DNA from: Azolla caroliniana
Lineage: Eukaryota; Plantae; Polypodiophyta
Assembly (NCBI GenBank): GCA_043228905.1
Contig: JBHGNT010000016.1
Span: 62,001-126,000 of the forward strand
Length of the DNA: 64,000 nt
Direction of reading: 5' to 3'
Shown here: piece by piece, positions 15,001 through 30,000 of the stretch
Layout: every line of letters starts with the position of its first letter
How positions within the stretch are numbered: the first letter of the stretch is position 1
Notes under the pieces: generated by a model
Seen by the model: the letters and a program-made list of their open reading frames with translations, nothing else
Databases searched by the model: none
Told to the model about the DNA's origin: nothing
Position numbers and translations under genes: made by a program

Positions 15001-18000
15001 TCATGTCTCTCGACCTGAGTTTCAAAATCTCAATTTTTTAATTCCATATCATAGCTAGCGTTGTTAGCTTCGATACGCATGTTTGAACACAAAAATCCGA
15101 TATCACACGAGCCAGGTATGAACATTTTAATTGACTCACGCGCTCTTCTCAAGTCCCTCCTCAAATTTGCTAATTTCTTCATGTCTCTCGACCTGAGTTT
15201 CAAAATCTTGATTTTTTAATTCTATATCATAGCTCGCGTTGTTAGCTTCGATACGCATGTTTGAACACAAAAATCCGATATCACACGAGCCAGGTATGAA
15301 CATTTTAATTAAGTCACGGGCTCTTCTAAAGTCCCTCCTCAAATTTACTAATTTCTTCATGTCTCTCGACCTGAGTTTCAAAATCTCGATTTTTTAATTC
15401 CATATCATAGCTAGCGTTGTTAGCTTCGATATGCATGTTTGAACATAAAAATCCGATGTCACACGAGCCAGGTATGAACATTTTAATTGACTCACGCGCT
15501 CTTCTCAAGTCCCTCCTGAAATTTGCTAATTTCTTCATGTCTCTCGACCTAAGTTTCTAAATCTCGATTTTTTAATTCTATATCATAGCTAGCGTTGTTA
15601 GCTTCGATACGCATGTTTGAACACAAAAATCCGATATCACACGAGCCAGGTATGAACATTTTAATTTGCTCACGCGCTCTTCTCAAGTCCCTCCTCAAAT
15701 TTGCTAATTTCTTCATGTCTCTCGACCTGAGTTTCAAATTATTGATTTTTTAATTCTATATCATAGCTAGCGTTGTTAGCTTCGATACGTATGTTTGAAC
15801 ACAAAAATCTGATATCACACGAGCCAGGTATGAACATTTTAATTGACTCACGCGCTCTTCTCAACTCCCTCCTCAAATTTGCTAATTTCGTCATGTCTCT
15901 CGACCTAAGTTTCAAAATCTCGATTTTTTAATTCTATATCATAGCTAGCGTTGTTAGCTTCGATACGCATGTTTGAACACAAAAATCCGATATCACACGA
16001 GCCAGGTATGAACATTTTAATTTGCTCACGCGCTCTTCTCAAGTCCCTCCTCAAATTTGCTAATTTCTTCATGTCTCTCGACCTGAGTTTCAAAATCTCG
16101 ATTTTTTAATTCCATATCATAGCTAGCGTTGTTAGCTTCGATATGCATGTTTGAACACAAAAATCCGATGTCACACGAGTGAGGTATGAACATTTTAATT
16201 GACTCACGCGCTCTTCTCAAGTCCCTCCTGAAATTTGCTAATTTCGTCATGTCTCTCGACCTAAGTTTCAAAATCTCGATTTTCTAATTCTATATCATAG
16301 CTAGCGTTGTTAGCTTCGATACGCATGTTTGAACACAAAAATCCGATATCACACGAGCCAGGTCTGAACATTTTAATTGACTCACGCGCTCTTCTCAAGT
16401 CCCTCCTCAAATTTGCTAATTTCTTCATGTCTCTCGACCTGAGTTTCAAAATTTTGATTTTTTAATTCTATATCATAGGTAGCGTTGTTAGTTTCGATAC
16501 GCATGTTTGAACACAAAAATCCGATATCACACGAGCCAGGTATGAACATTTTAATTTAGTGACGGGCTTTTCTAAAGTCCCTCCTCAAATTTGCTAATTT
16601 CTTCATGTCTCTTGACCTGAGTTTCAAAATCTTGATTTATTAATTCGATATCATAGCTAGCGTTGTTAGCTTCGATACGCATGTTTGAACACAAAAATCC
16701 GATATCACACGAGCCAGGTATGAACATTTTAATTGACTCACGCGCTCTTCTCAAGTCCCTCCTCAAATTTGCTAATTTCGTCATGTCTCTCGACCTAAGT
16801 TTCAAAATCTCGATTTTCTAATTCTATATCATAGCTAGCGTTGTTAGCTTCGATAGGCATGTTTGAACACAAAAATCCGATATCACACGAGCCAGGTATG
16901 AACATTTTAATTTGCTCACGCGCTATTCTCAAGTCCCTCCTCAAATTTGCTAATTTCTTCATGTCTTTCGACCTGAGTTTCAAAATCTTGATTTTCTAAT
17001 TATATATCATAGCTAGCGTTGTTAGCTTCGATACGCATGTTTGAACATAAAAATCCGATATCACACGAGTGAGGTATGAACATTTTAATTGACTCACGCG
17101 CTCTTCTCAAGTCCCTCCTCAAATTTGCTAATTTCGTCATGTCTCTCGACCTAAGTTTCAAAATCTCGATTTTTTAATTCTATATATCATAGCTAGCGTT
17201 GTTAGCTTCGATACGCATGTTTGAACATAAAAATCCGATATCACACGAGTGAGGTATGAACATTTTAATTGACTCACGCGCTCTTCTCAAATCCCTCCTC
17301 AAATTTGCTAATTTCGTCATGTCTCTCGACCTGAGTTTCAAAATCTCAATTTTTTAATTCCATATCATAGCTAGCGTTGTTAGCTTCGATACGCATGTTT
17401 GAACACAAAAATCCGATATCACACGAGCCAGGTATGAACATTTTAATTGACTCACGCGCTCTTCTCAAGTCCCTCCTCAAATTAGCTAATTTCTTCATGT
17501 CTCTCGACCTGAGTTTCAAAATCTCGATTTTTTAATTCTATATCATAGCTAGCGTTGTTAGCTTCGATACGCATGTTTGAACACGAAAATCCGATATCAC
17601 ACGAGCCAGGTATGAACATTTTAATTGACTCACGCGCTCTTCTCAAGTCCCTCCTCAAATTTGCTAATTTCTTCATGTCTCTCGGCCTGAGTTTCAAAAT
17701 CTTGATTTTTAAATTCTATATCATAGCTAGCGTTGTTAGCTTCGAGACGCATGTTTGAACATAAAAATCCGATATCACACGAGCCAGGTATGAACATTTT
17801 AATTGACTCACGCGCTCTTCTCAAGTCCCTCCTCAAATTTGCTAATTTCGTCATGTCTCTCCACCTAAGTTTCAAAATCTCGATTTTTTAATTCTATATA
17901 TCATAGCTAGCGTTGTGAGCTTCGATACGCATGTTTGAACACAAAAATCCGATATCACACGAGCCAGGTATGAACATTTTAATTTGCTCACGCGCTCTTC

Positions 18001-21000
18001 TCAAGTCCCTCCTCAAATTTGCTAATTTCTTCATGTCTCTCGACCTGAGTTTCAAAATCTCAATTTTTTAATTCCATATCATAGCTAGCGTTGTTAGCTT
18101 CGATACGCATGTTTGAACACAAAAATCCGATATCACACGAGCCAGGTATGAACATTTTAATTGACTCACGCGCTCTTCTCAAGTCCCTCCTCAAATTTGC
18201 TAATTTCTTCATGTCTCTCGACCTGAGTTTCAAAATCTCGATTTTTTAATTCCATATCATAGCTAGCGTTGTTAGCTTCGATATGCATGTTTGAACACAA
18301 AAATCCGATGTCACACGAGTGAGGTATGAACATTTTAATTGACTCACGCGCTCTTCTCAAGTCCCTCCTGAAATTTGCTAATTTCGTCATGTCTCTCGAC
18401 CTAAGTTTCAAAATCTCGATTTTCTAATTCTATATCATAGCTAGCGTTGTTAGCTTCGATACGCATGTTTGAACACAAAAATCCGATATCACACGAGCCA
18501 GGTCTGAACATTTTAATTGACTCACGCGCTCTTCTCAAGTCCCTCCTCAAATTTGCTAATTTCTTCATGTCTCTCGACCTGAGTTTCAAAATTTTGATTT
18601 TTTAATTCTATATCATAGGTAGCGTTGTTAGTTTCGATACGCATGTTTGAACACAAAAATCCGATATCACACGAGCCAGGTATGAACATTTTAATTTAGT
18701 GACGGGCTTTTCTAAAGTCCCTCCTCAAATTTGCTAATTTCTTCATGTCTCTTGACCTGAGTTTCAAAATCTTGATTTATTAATTCGATATCATAGCTAG
18801 CGTTGTTAGCTTCGATACGCATGTTTGAACACAAAAATCCGATATCACACGAGCCAGGTATGAACATTTTAATTGACTCACGCGCTCTTCTCAAGTCCCT
18901 CCTCAAATTTGCTAATTTCGTCATGTCTCTCGACCTAAGTTTCAAAATCTCGATTTTCTAATTCTATATCATAGCTAGCGTTGTTAGCTTCGATAGGCAT
19001 GTTTGAACACAAAAATCCGATATCACACGAGCCAGGTATGAACATTTTAATTTGCTCACGCGCTATTCTCAAGTCCCTCCTCAAATTTGCTAATTTCTTC
19101 ATGTCTTTCGACCTGAGTTTCAAAATCTTGATTTTCTAATTATATATCATAGCTAGCGTTGTTAGCTTCGATACGCATGTTTGAACATAAAAATCCGATA
19201 TCACACGAGTGAGGTATGAACATTTTAATTGACTCACGCGCTCTTCTCAAGTCCCTCCTCAAATTTGCTAATTTCGTCATGTCTCTCCACCTAAGTTTCA
19301 AAATCTCGATTTTTTAATTCTATATATCATAGCTAGCGTTGTTAGCTTCGATACGCATGTTTGAACATAAAAATCCGATATCACACGAGTGAGGTATGAA
19401 CATTTTAATTGACTCACGCGCTCTTCTCAAATCCCTCCTCAAATTAGCTAATTTCTTCATGTCTCTCGACCTGAGTTTCAAAATCTCAATTTTTTAATTC
19501 CATATCATAGCTAGCGTTGTTAGCTTCGATACGCATGTTTGAACACAAAAATCCGATATCACACGACCCAGGTATGAACATTTTAATTTGCTCACGCGCT
19601 CTTCTCAAGTCCCTCCTCAAATTTGCTAATTTCTTCATGTCTCTCAACCTGAGTTTCAAAACCTTGATTTATTAATTCGATATCATAGCTAGCGTTGTTA
19701 GCTTCGATACGCATGTTTGAACACAAAAATCCGATATCACACGAGCCAGGTATGAACATTTTAATTGACTCACGCGCTCTTCTCAAGTCCCTCCTCAAAT
19801 TTGCTAATTTCGTCATGTCTCTCGACCTAAGTTTCAAAATCTCGATTTTCTAATTCTATATCAGAGCTAGCGTTGTTAGCTTCGATAGGCATGTTTGAAC
19901 ACAAAAATCCGATATCACACGAGCCAGGTATGAACATTTTAATTGACTCACGCGCTCTTCTCAAGTCCCTCCTCAAATTTGCTAATTTCGTCATGTCTCT
20001 CGACCTGAGTTTCAAAATCTCGATTTTTTAATTCTATATATCATAGCTAGCGTTGTTAGCTTCGATACGCATGTTTGAACATAAAAATCCGATATCACAC
20101 GAGTGAGGTATGAACATTTTAATTGACTCACGCGCTCTTCTCAAGTCCCTCCTCAAATTAGCTAATTTCTTCATGTCTCTCGACCTGAGTTTCAGAATGT
20201 CGATTTTTTAATTCGATATCATAGCTAGCGTTGTTAGCTTCGATACGCATGTTTGAACACAACAATCCGATATCACATGACCCAGGTATGAACATTTTAA
20301 TTTGCTCACGCGCTCTTCTCAAGTCCCTCCTCAAATTATCTAATTTCTTCATGTCTCTCAACCTGAGTTTCAAAATCTTGATTTATTAATTCGATATCAT
20401 AGCTAGCGTTGTTAGCTTCGATACGCATGTTTGAACACAAAAATCCGATATCACACGAGCCAGGTATGAACATTTTAATTGACTCACGCGCTCTTCTCAA
20501 GTCCCTCCTCAAATTAGCTAATTTCTTCATGTCTCTCGACCTGAGTTTCAAAATCTCGATTTTTTAATTCTATATCATAGCTAGCGTTGTTAGCTTCGAT
20601 ACGCATGTTTGAACACAAAAATCCGATATCACACGAGCCAGGTATGAACATTTTAATTTAGTCACGGGCTCTTCTAAAGTCCTTCCTCAAATTTGCTAAT
20701 TTCTTCATGTCTCTCGGCCTGAGTTTCAAAATCTCGATTTTTTAATTCTATATCAGAGCTAGCGTTGTTAGCTTCGATACGCATGTTTGAACACAAAAAT
20801 CCGATATCACACGAGTCAGGTATGAACATATTAATTGACTCACGCGCTCTTCTCAAGTCCCTCCTCAAATTAGCTAATTTCTTCATGTCTCTCGACCTGA
20901 GTTTCAGAATGTCGATTTTTTAATTCCATATCATAGCTAGCGTTGTTAGCTTCGATACGCATGTTTGAACACAAAAATCCGATATCACACGAGCCAGGTA

Positions 21001-24000
21001 TGAACATTTTAATTTGCTCACGTGCTCTTCTCAAGTCCCTTCTCAAATTTGCTAATTTCTTCATGTCTCTCGGCCTGAGTTTCAAAATTTCGATTTTTTA
21101 ATTCCATATCATAGCTATCGTTGTTAGCTTCGATACGCATGTTTGAACACGAAAATCCGATATCACACGAGCCAGGTATGAACATTTTAATTGACTCACG
21201 CGCTCTTCTCAAGTCCCTCCTCAAATTTGCTAATTTCTTCATGTCTCTCGACCTGAGTTTCAAAATCTTGATTTTTTAATTCTATATATCATAGCTAGCG
21301 TTGTTAGCTTCGATACGCATGTTTGAACATAAAAATCCGATATCACACGAGTGAGGTATGAACATTTTAATTGACTCACGCGCTCTTCTCAAGTCCCTCC
21401 TCAAATTTGCTAATTTCGTCATGTCTCTCGACCTAAGTTTCAAAATCTCGATTTTTTAATTCTATATATCATAGCTAGCGTTGTTAGCTTCGATACGCAT
21501 GTTTGAACATAAAAATCCGATATCACACGAGTGAGGTATGAACATTTTAATTGACTCACGCGCTCTTCTCAAGTCCCTCCTCAAATTAGCTAATTTCTTC
21601 ATGTCTCTCGACCTGAGTTTTAGAATCTCGATTTTTTAATTCCATATCATAGCTAGCGTTGTTAGCTTCGATACGCATGTTTGAACACAAAAATCCGATA
21701 TCACACGACCCAGGTATGAACATTTTAATTTGCTCACGCGCTCTTCTCAAGTCCCTCCTCAAATTTGCTAATTTCTTCGTGTCTCTCAACCTGAGTTTCA
21801 GAATGTCGATTTTTTAATTCGATATCATAGCTAGCGTTGTTAGCTTCGATACGCATGTTTGAAGACAAAAATCCGATATCACACGAGCCAGGTATGAACA
21901 TTTAAATTTGCTCACGTGCTCTTCTCAAGTCCCTTCTCAAATTTGCTAATTTCTTCATGTCTCTCGGCCTGAGTTTCAAAATTTCGATTTTTTAATTCCA
22001 TATCATAGCTAACGTTGTTAGCTTCGATACGCATGTTTGAACACGAAAATCCGATATCACACGAGCCAGGTATGAACATTTTAATTGACGCACGCGCTCT
22101 TCTCAAGGCCCTCCTCAAATTTGCTAATTTCTTCATGTCTCTCGACCTGAGTTTCAAAATCTTGATTTTTTAATTCTATATATCATAGCTAGCGTTGTTA
22201 GCTTCGATACGCATGTTTGAACATAAAAATCCGATATCACACGAGCCAGGTATGAACATTTTAATTTGCTCACGCGCTCTTCTTAAGTCCCTCCTCAAAT
22301 TTGCTAATTTCTTCATGTCTCTCGACCTGAGTTTCAGAATCTCGATTTTTTAATTCCATATCATAGCTAGCGTTGTTAGCTTCGATACGCATGTTTGAAC
22401 ACAAAAATCCGATATCACACGAGCCAGGTATGAACATTTTAATTTGCTCACGTGCTCTTCTCAAGTCCCTTCTCAAATTTGCTAATTTCTTCATGTCTCT
22501 CGGCCTGAGTTTCAAAATTTCGATTTTTTAATTCCATATCATAGCTATCGTTGTTAGCTTCGATACGCATGTTTGAACACGAAAATCCGATATCACACGA
22601 GCCAGGTATGAACATTTTAATTGACTCACGCGCTCTTCTCAAGTCCCTCCTCAAATTTGCTAATTTCTTCATGTCTCTCGACCTGAGTTTCAAAATCTGG
22701 ATTTTTTAATTCTATATATCATAGCTAGCGTTGTTAGCTTCGATACGCATGTTTGAACATAAAAATCCGATATCACACGAGTGAGGTATGAACATTTTAA
22801 TTGACTCACGCGCTCTTCTCAAGTCCCTCCTCAAATTTGCTAATTTCTTCATGTCTCTCGACCTGAGTTTCAGAATCTCGATTTTTTAATTATATATCAT
22901 AGCTAGCGTTGTTAGCTTCGATACGCATGTTTGAACACAAAAATCCGATATCACACGACCCAGGTATGAACATTTTAATTTGCTCACGCGCTCTTCTCAA
23001 GTCCATCCTCAAATTTGCTAATTTCTTCATGTCTCTCGACCTGAGTTTCAAAATCTCGATTTTTTAATTCTATATCATAGCTAGCGTTGTTAGCTTCGAT
23101 ACGCATGTTTGAACACAAAAATCCGATATCACACGAGCCAGGTATGAACATTTTAATTTAGTCACGGGCTCTTCTAAAGTCCCTCCTCAAATTTGCTAAT
23201 TTCTTCATGTCTCTCGGCCTGAATTTCAAAATCTCGATTTTTTAATTCTATATCAGAGCTAGCGTTGTTAGCTTCGATACGCATGTTTGAACACAAAAAT
23301 CCGATATCACACGAGCCAGGTATGAACATTTTAATTTGCTCACGCGCTCTTCTCAAGTCCCTCCTCAAATTTGCTAATTTCTTCATGTCTCTCGACCTGA
23401 GTTTCAAAATCTTGATTTTTTAATTCTATATCATAGCTAGCGTTGTTAGCTTCGATACGCATGTTTGAACATAAAAATCCGATATCACACGAGTGAGGTA
23501 TGAACATTTTAATTGACTCACACGCTCTTCTCAAGTCCCTCCTCAAATTAGCTAATTTCTTCATGTCTCTCGACCTGAGTTTTAGAATCTGGATTTTTTA
23601 ATTCCATATCATAGCTAGCGTTGTTAGCTTCGATACGCATGTTTGAACACAAAAATCCGATATCACACGACCCAGGTATGAACATTTTAATTTGCTCACG
23701 CGCTCTTCTCAAGTCCCTCCTCAAATTAGCTAATTTCTTCATGTCTCTCAACCTGAGTTTCAGAATGTCGATTTTTTAATTCGATATCATAGCTAGCGTT
23801 GTTAGCTTCGATACGCATGTTTGAAGACAAAAATCCGATATCACACGAGCCAGGTATGAACATTTTAATTTGCTCACGTGCTCTTCTCAAGTCCCTTCTC
23901 AAATTTGCTAATTTCTTCATGTCTCTCGGCCTGAGTTTCAAAATTTCGATTTTTTAATTCCATATCATAGCTAACGTTGTTAGCTTCGATACGCATGTTT

Positions 24001-27000
24001 GAACACGAAAATCCGATATCACACGAGCCAGGTATGAACATTTTAATTGACGCACGCGCTCTTCACAAGGCCCTCCTCAAATTTGCTAATTTCTTCATGT
24101 CTCTCGACCTGAGTTTCAAAATCTTGATTTTTTAATTCTATATATCATAGCTAGCGTTGTTAGCTTCGATACGCATGTTTGAACATAAAAATCCGATATC
24201 ACACGAGCCAGGTATGAACATTTTAATTTGCTCACGCGCTCTTCTCAAGTCCCTCCTCAAATTTGCTAATTTCTTCATGTCTCTCGACCTGAGTTTCAGA
24301 ATCTCGATTTTTTAATTCGATATCATAGCTAGCGTTGTTAGCTTCGATACGCATGTTTGAACACAAAAATCCGATATCACACGAGCCAGGTATGAACATT
24401 TTAATTGACTCACGCGCTCTTCTCAAGTCCCTCCTCAAATTTGCTAATTTCGTCATGTCTCTCGACCTAAGTTTCAAAATCTCGATTTTCTAATTCTATA
24501 TCATAGCTAGCGTTGTTAGCTTCGATAGGCATGTTTGAACACAAAAATCCGATATCACACGAGCCAGGTATGAACATTTTAATTTGCTCACGCGCTATTC
24601 TCAAGTCCCTCCTCAAATTTGCTAATTTCTTCATGTCTCTCGACCTGAGTTTCAAAATCTGGATTTTCTAATTCGATATCATAGCTAGCGTTGTTAGCTT
24701 CGATACGCATGTTAGAACATAAAAATCCGATATCACACGAGTGAGGTATGAACATTTTAATTGACTCACGCGCTCTTCTCAAGTCCCTCCTCAAATTTGC
24801 TAATTTCTTCATGTCTCTCGACCTGAGTTTCAGAATCTCGATTTTTTAATTATATATCATAGCTAGCGTTGTTAGCTTCGATACGCATGTTTGAACACAA
24901 AAATCCGATATCACACGACCCAGGTATGAACATTTTAATTTGCTCACGCGCTCTTCTCAAGTCCATCCTCAAATTTGCTAATTTCTTCATGTCTCTCGAC
25001 CTGAGTTTCAAAATCTCGATTTTTTAATTCTATATCATAGCTAGCGTTGTTAGCTTCGATACGCATGTTTGAACACAAAAATCCGATATCACACGAGCCA
25101 GGTATGAACATTTTAATTTAGTCACGGGCTCTTCTAAAGTCCCTCCTCAAATTTGCTAATTTCTTCATGTCTCTCGGCCTGAGTTTCAAAATCTCGATTT
25201 TTTAATTCTATATCAGAGCTAGCGTTGTTAGCTTCGATACGCATGTTTGAACACAAAAATCCGATATCACACGAGCCAGGTATGAACATTTTAATTTGCT
25301 CACGCGCTCTTCTAAAGTCCCTCCTCAAATTTGCTAATTTCTTCATGTCTCTCGACCTGAGTTTCAAAATCTTGATTTTTTAATTCTATATCATAGGTAG
25401 CGTTGTTAGTTTCGATACGCATGTTTGAACACAAAAATCCGATATCACACGAGCCAGGTATGAACATTTTAATTTAGTGACGGGCTTTTCTAAAGTCCCT
25501 CCTCAAATTTGCTAATTTCTTCATGTCTCTTGACCTGAGTTTCAAAATCTTGATTTATTAATTCGATATCATAGCTAGCGTTGTTAGCTTCGATACGCAT
25601 GTTTGAACACAAAAATCCGATATCACACGAGCCAGGTATGAACATTTTAATTGACTCACGCGCTCTTCTCAAGTCCCTCCTCAAATTTGCTAATTTCGTC
25701 ATGTCTCTCGACCTAAGTTTCAAAATCTCGATTTTCTAATTCTATATCATAGCTAGCGTTGTTAGCTTCGATAGGCATGTTTGAACACAAAAATCCGATA
25801 TCACACGAGCCAGGTATGAACATTTTAATTTGCTCACGCGCTATTCTCAAGTCCCTCCTCAAATTTGCTAATTTCTTCATGTCTTTCGACCTGAGTTTCA
25901 AAATCTTGATTTTCTAATTATATATCATAGCTAGCGTTGTTAGCTTCGATACGCATGTTTGAACATAAAAATCCGATATCACACGAGTGAGGTATGAACA
26001 TTTTAATTGACTCACGCGCTCTTCTCAAGTCCCTCCTCAAATTTGCTAATTTCGTCATGTCTCTCGACCTAAGTTTCAAAATCTCGATTTTTTAATTCTA
26101 TATATCATAGCTAGCGTTGTTAGCTTCGATACGCATGTTTGAACATAAAAATCCGATATCACACGAGTGAGGTATGAACATTTTAATTGACTCACGCGCT
26201 CTTCTCAAATCCCTCCTCAAATTTGCTAATTTCGTCATGTCTCTCGACCTGAGTTTCAAAATCTCAATTTTTTAATTCCATATCATAGCTAGCGTTGTTA
26301 GCTTCGATACGCATGTTTGAACACAAAAATCCGATATCACACGAGCCAGGTATGAACATTTTAATTGACTCACGCGCTCTTCTCAAGTCCCTCCTCAAAT
26401 TAGCTAATTTCTTCATGTCTCTCGACCTGAGTTTCAAAATCTCGATTTTTTAATTCTATATCATAGCTAGCGTTGTTAGCTTCGATACGCATGTTTGAAC
26501 ACGAAAATCCGATATCACACGAGCCAGGTATGAACATTTTAATTGACTCACGCGCTCTTCTCAAGTCCCTCCTCAAATTTGCTAATTTCTTCATGTCTCT
26601 CGGCCTGAGTTTCAAAATCTTGATTTTTAAATTCTATATCATAGCTAGCGTTGTTAGCTTCGAGACGCATGTTTGAACATAAAAATCCGATATCACACGA
26701 GCCAGGTATGAACATTTTAATTGACTCACGCGCTCTTCTCAAGTCCCTCCTCAAATTTGCTAATTTCGTCATGTCTCTCCACCTAAGTTTCAAAATCTCG
26801 ATTTTTTAATTCTATATATCATAGCTAGCGTTGTGAGCTTCGATACGCATGTTTGAACACAAAAATCCGATATCACACGAGCCAGGTATGAACATTTTAA
26901 TTTGCTCACGCGCTCTTCTCAAGTCCCTCCTCAAATTTGCTAATTTCTTCATGTCTCTCGACCTGAGTTTCAAAATCTCAATTTTTTAATTCCATATCAT

Positions 27001-30000
27001 AGCTAGCGTTGTTAGCTTCGATACGCATGTTTGAACACAAAAATCCGATATCACACGAGCCAGGTATGAACATTTTAATTGACTCACGCGCTCTTCTCAA
27101 GTCCCTCCTCAAATTTGCTAATTTCTTCATGTCTCTCGACCTGAGTTTCAAAATCTCGATTTTTTAATTCCATATCATAGCTAGCGTTGTTAGCTTCGAT
27201 ATGCATGTTTGAACACAAAAATCCGATGTCACACGAGTGAGGTATGAACATTTTAATTGACTCACGCGCTCTTCTCAAGTCCCTCCTGAAATTTGCTAAT
27301 TTCGTCATGTCTCTCGACCTAAGTTTCAAAATCTCGATTTTCTAATTCTATATCATAGCTAGCGTTGTTAGCTTCGATACGCATGTTTGAACACAAAAAT
27401 CCGATATCACACGAGCCAGGTCTGAACATTTTAATTGACTCACGCGCTCTTCTCAAGTCCCTCCTCAAATTTGCTAATTTCTTCATGTCTCTCGACCTGA
27501 GTTTCAAAATTTTGATTTTTTAATTCTATATCATAGGTAGCGTTGTTAGTTTCGATACGCATGTTTGAACACAAAAATCCGATATCACACGAGCCAGGTA
27601 TGAACATTTTAATTTAGTGACGGGCTTTTCTAAAGTCCCTCCTCAAATTTGCTAATTTCTTCATGTCTCTTGACCTGAGTTTCAAAATCTTGATTTATTA
27701 ATTCGATATCATAGCTAGCGTTGTTAGCTTCGATACGCATGTTTGAACACAAAAATCCGATATCACACGAGCCAGGTATGAACATTTTAATTGACTCACG
27801 CGCTCTTCTCAAGTCCCTCCTCAAATTTGCTAATTTCGTCATGTCTCTCGACCTAAGTTTCAAAATCTCGATTTTCTAATTCTATATCATAGCTAGCGTT
27901 GTTAGCTTCGATAGGCATGTTTGAACACAAAAATCCGATATCACACGAGCCAGGTATGAACATTTTAATTTGCTCACGCGCTATTCTCAAGTCCCTCCTC
28001 AAATTTGCTAATTTCTTCATGTCTTTCGACCTGAGTTTCAAAATCTTGATTTTCTAATTATATATCATAGCTAGCGTTGTTAGCTTCGATACGCATGTTT
28101 GAACATAAAAATCCGATATCACACGAGTGAGGTATGAACATTTTAATTGACTCACGCGCTCTTCTCAAGTCCCTCCTCAAATTTGCTAATTTCGTCATGT
28201 CTCTCGACCTAAGTTTCAAAATCTCGATTTTTTAATTCTATATATCATAGCTAGCGTTGTTAGCTTCGATACGCATGTTTGAACATAAAAATCCGATATC
28301 ACACGAGTGAGGTATGAACATTTTAATTGACTCACGCGCTCTTCTCAAATCCCTCCTCAAATTAGCTAATTTCTTCATGTCTCTCGACCTGAGTTTCAAA
28401 ATCTCAATTTTTTAATTCCATATCATAGCTAGCGTTGTTAGCTTCGATACGCATGTTTGAACACAAAAATCCGATATCACACGACCCAGGTATGAACATT
28501 TTAATTTGCTCACGCGCTCTTCTCAAGTCCCTCCTCAAATTTGCTAATTTCTTCATGTCTCTCAACCTGAGTTTCAAAACCTTGATTTATTAATTCGATA
28601 TCATAGCTAGCGTTGTTAGCTTCGATACGCATGTTTGAACACAAAAATCCGATATCACACGAGCCAGGTATGAACATTTTAATTGACTCACGCGCTCTTC
28701 TCAAGTCCCTCCTCAAATTTGCTAATTTCGTCATGTCTCTCGACCTAAGTTTCAAAATCTCGATTTTCTAATTCTATATCAGAGCTAGCGTTGTTAGCTT
28801 CGATAGGCATGTTTGAACACAAAAATCCGATATCACACGAGCCAGGTATGAACATTTTAATTGACTCACGCGCTCTTCTCAAGTCCCTCCTCAAATTTGC
28901 TAATTTCGTCATGTCTCTCGACCTGAGTTTCAAAATCTCGATTTTTTAATTCTATATATCATAGCTAGCGTTGTTAGCTTCGATACGCATGTTTGAACAT
29001 AAAAATCCGATATCACACGAGTGAGGTATGAACATTTTAATTGACTCACGCGCTCTTCTCAAGTCCCTCCTCAAATTAGCTAATTTCTTCATGTCTCTCG
29101 ACCTGAGTTTCAGAATGTCGATTTTTTAATTCGATATCATAGCTAGCGTTGTTAGCTTCGATACGCATGTTTGAACACAAAAATCCGATATCACACGAGC
29201 CAGGTATGAACATTTTAATTTAGTCACGGGCTCTTCTAAAGTCCTTCCTCAAATTTGCTAATTTCTTCATGTCTCTCGGCTTGAGTTTCAAAATCTCGAT
29301 TTTTTAATTCTATATCAGAGCTAGCGTTGTTAGCTTCGATACGCATGTTTGAACACAAAAATCCGATATCACACGAGCCAGGTATGAACATTTTAATTTG
29401 CTCACGCGCTATTCTCAAGTCCCTCCTCAAATTTGCTAATTTCTTCATGTCTCTCGACCTGAGTTTCAAAATCTTGATTTTCTAATTCGATATCATAGCT
29501 AGCGTTGTTAGCTTCGATACGCATGTTAGAACATAAAAATCCGATATCACACGAGTGAGGTATGAACATTTTAATTGACTCACGCGCTCTTCTCAAGTCC
29601 CTCCTCAAATTTGCTAATTTCGTCATGTCTCTCGACCTAAGTTTCAAAATCTCGATTTTTTAATTCTATATATCATAGCTAGCGTTGTTAGCTTCGATAC
29701 GCATGTTTGAACATAAAAATCCGATATCACACGAGTGAGGTATGAACATTTTAATTGACTCACGCGCTCTTCTCAAGTCCCTCCTCAAATTAGCTAATTT
29801 CTTCATGTCTCTCGACCTGAGTTTTAGAATCTCGATTTTTTAATTCCATATCATAGCTAGCGTTGTTAGCTTCGATACGCATGTTTGAACACAAAAATCC
29901 GATATCACACGACCCAGGTATGAACATTTTAATTTGCTCACGCGCTCTTCTCAAGTCCCTCCTCAAATTTGCTAATTTCTTCGTGTCTCTCAACCTGAGT

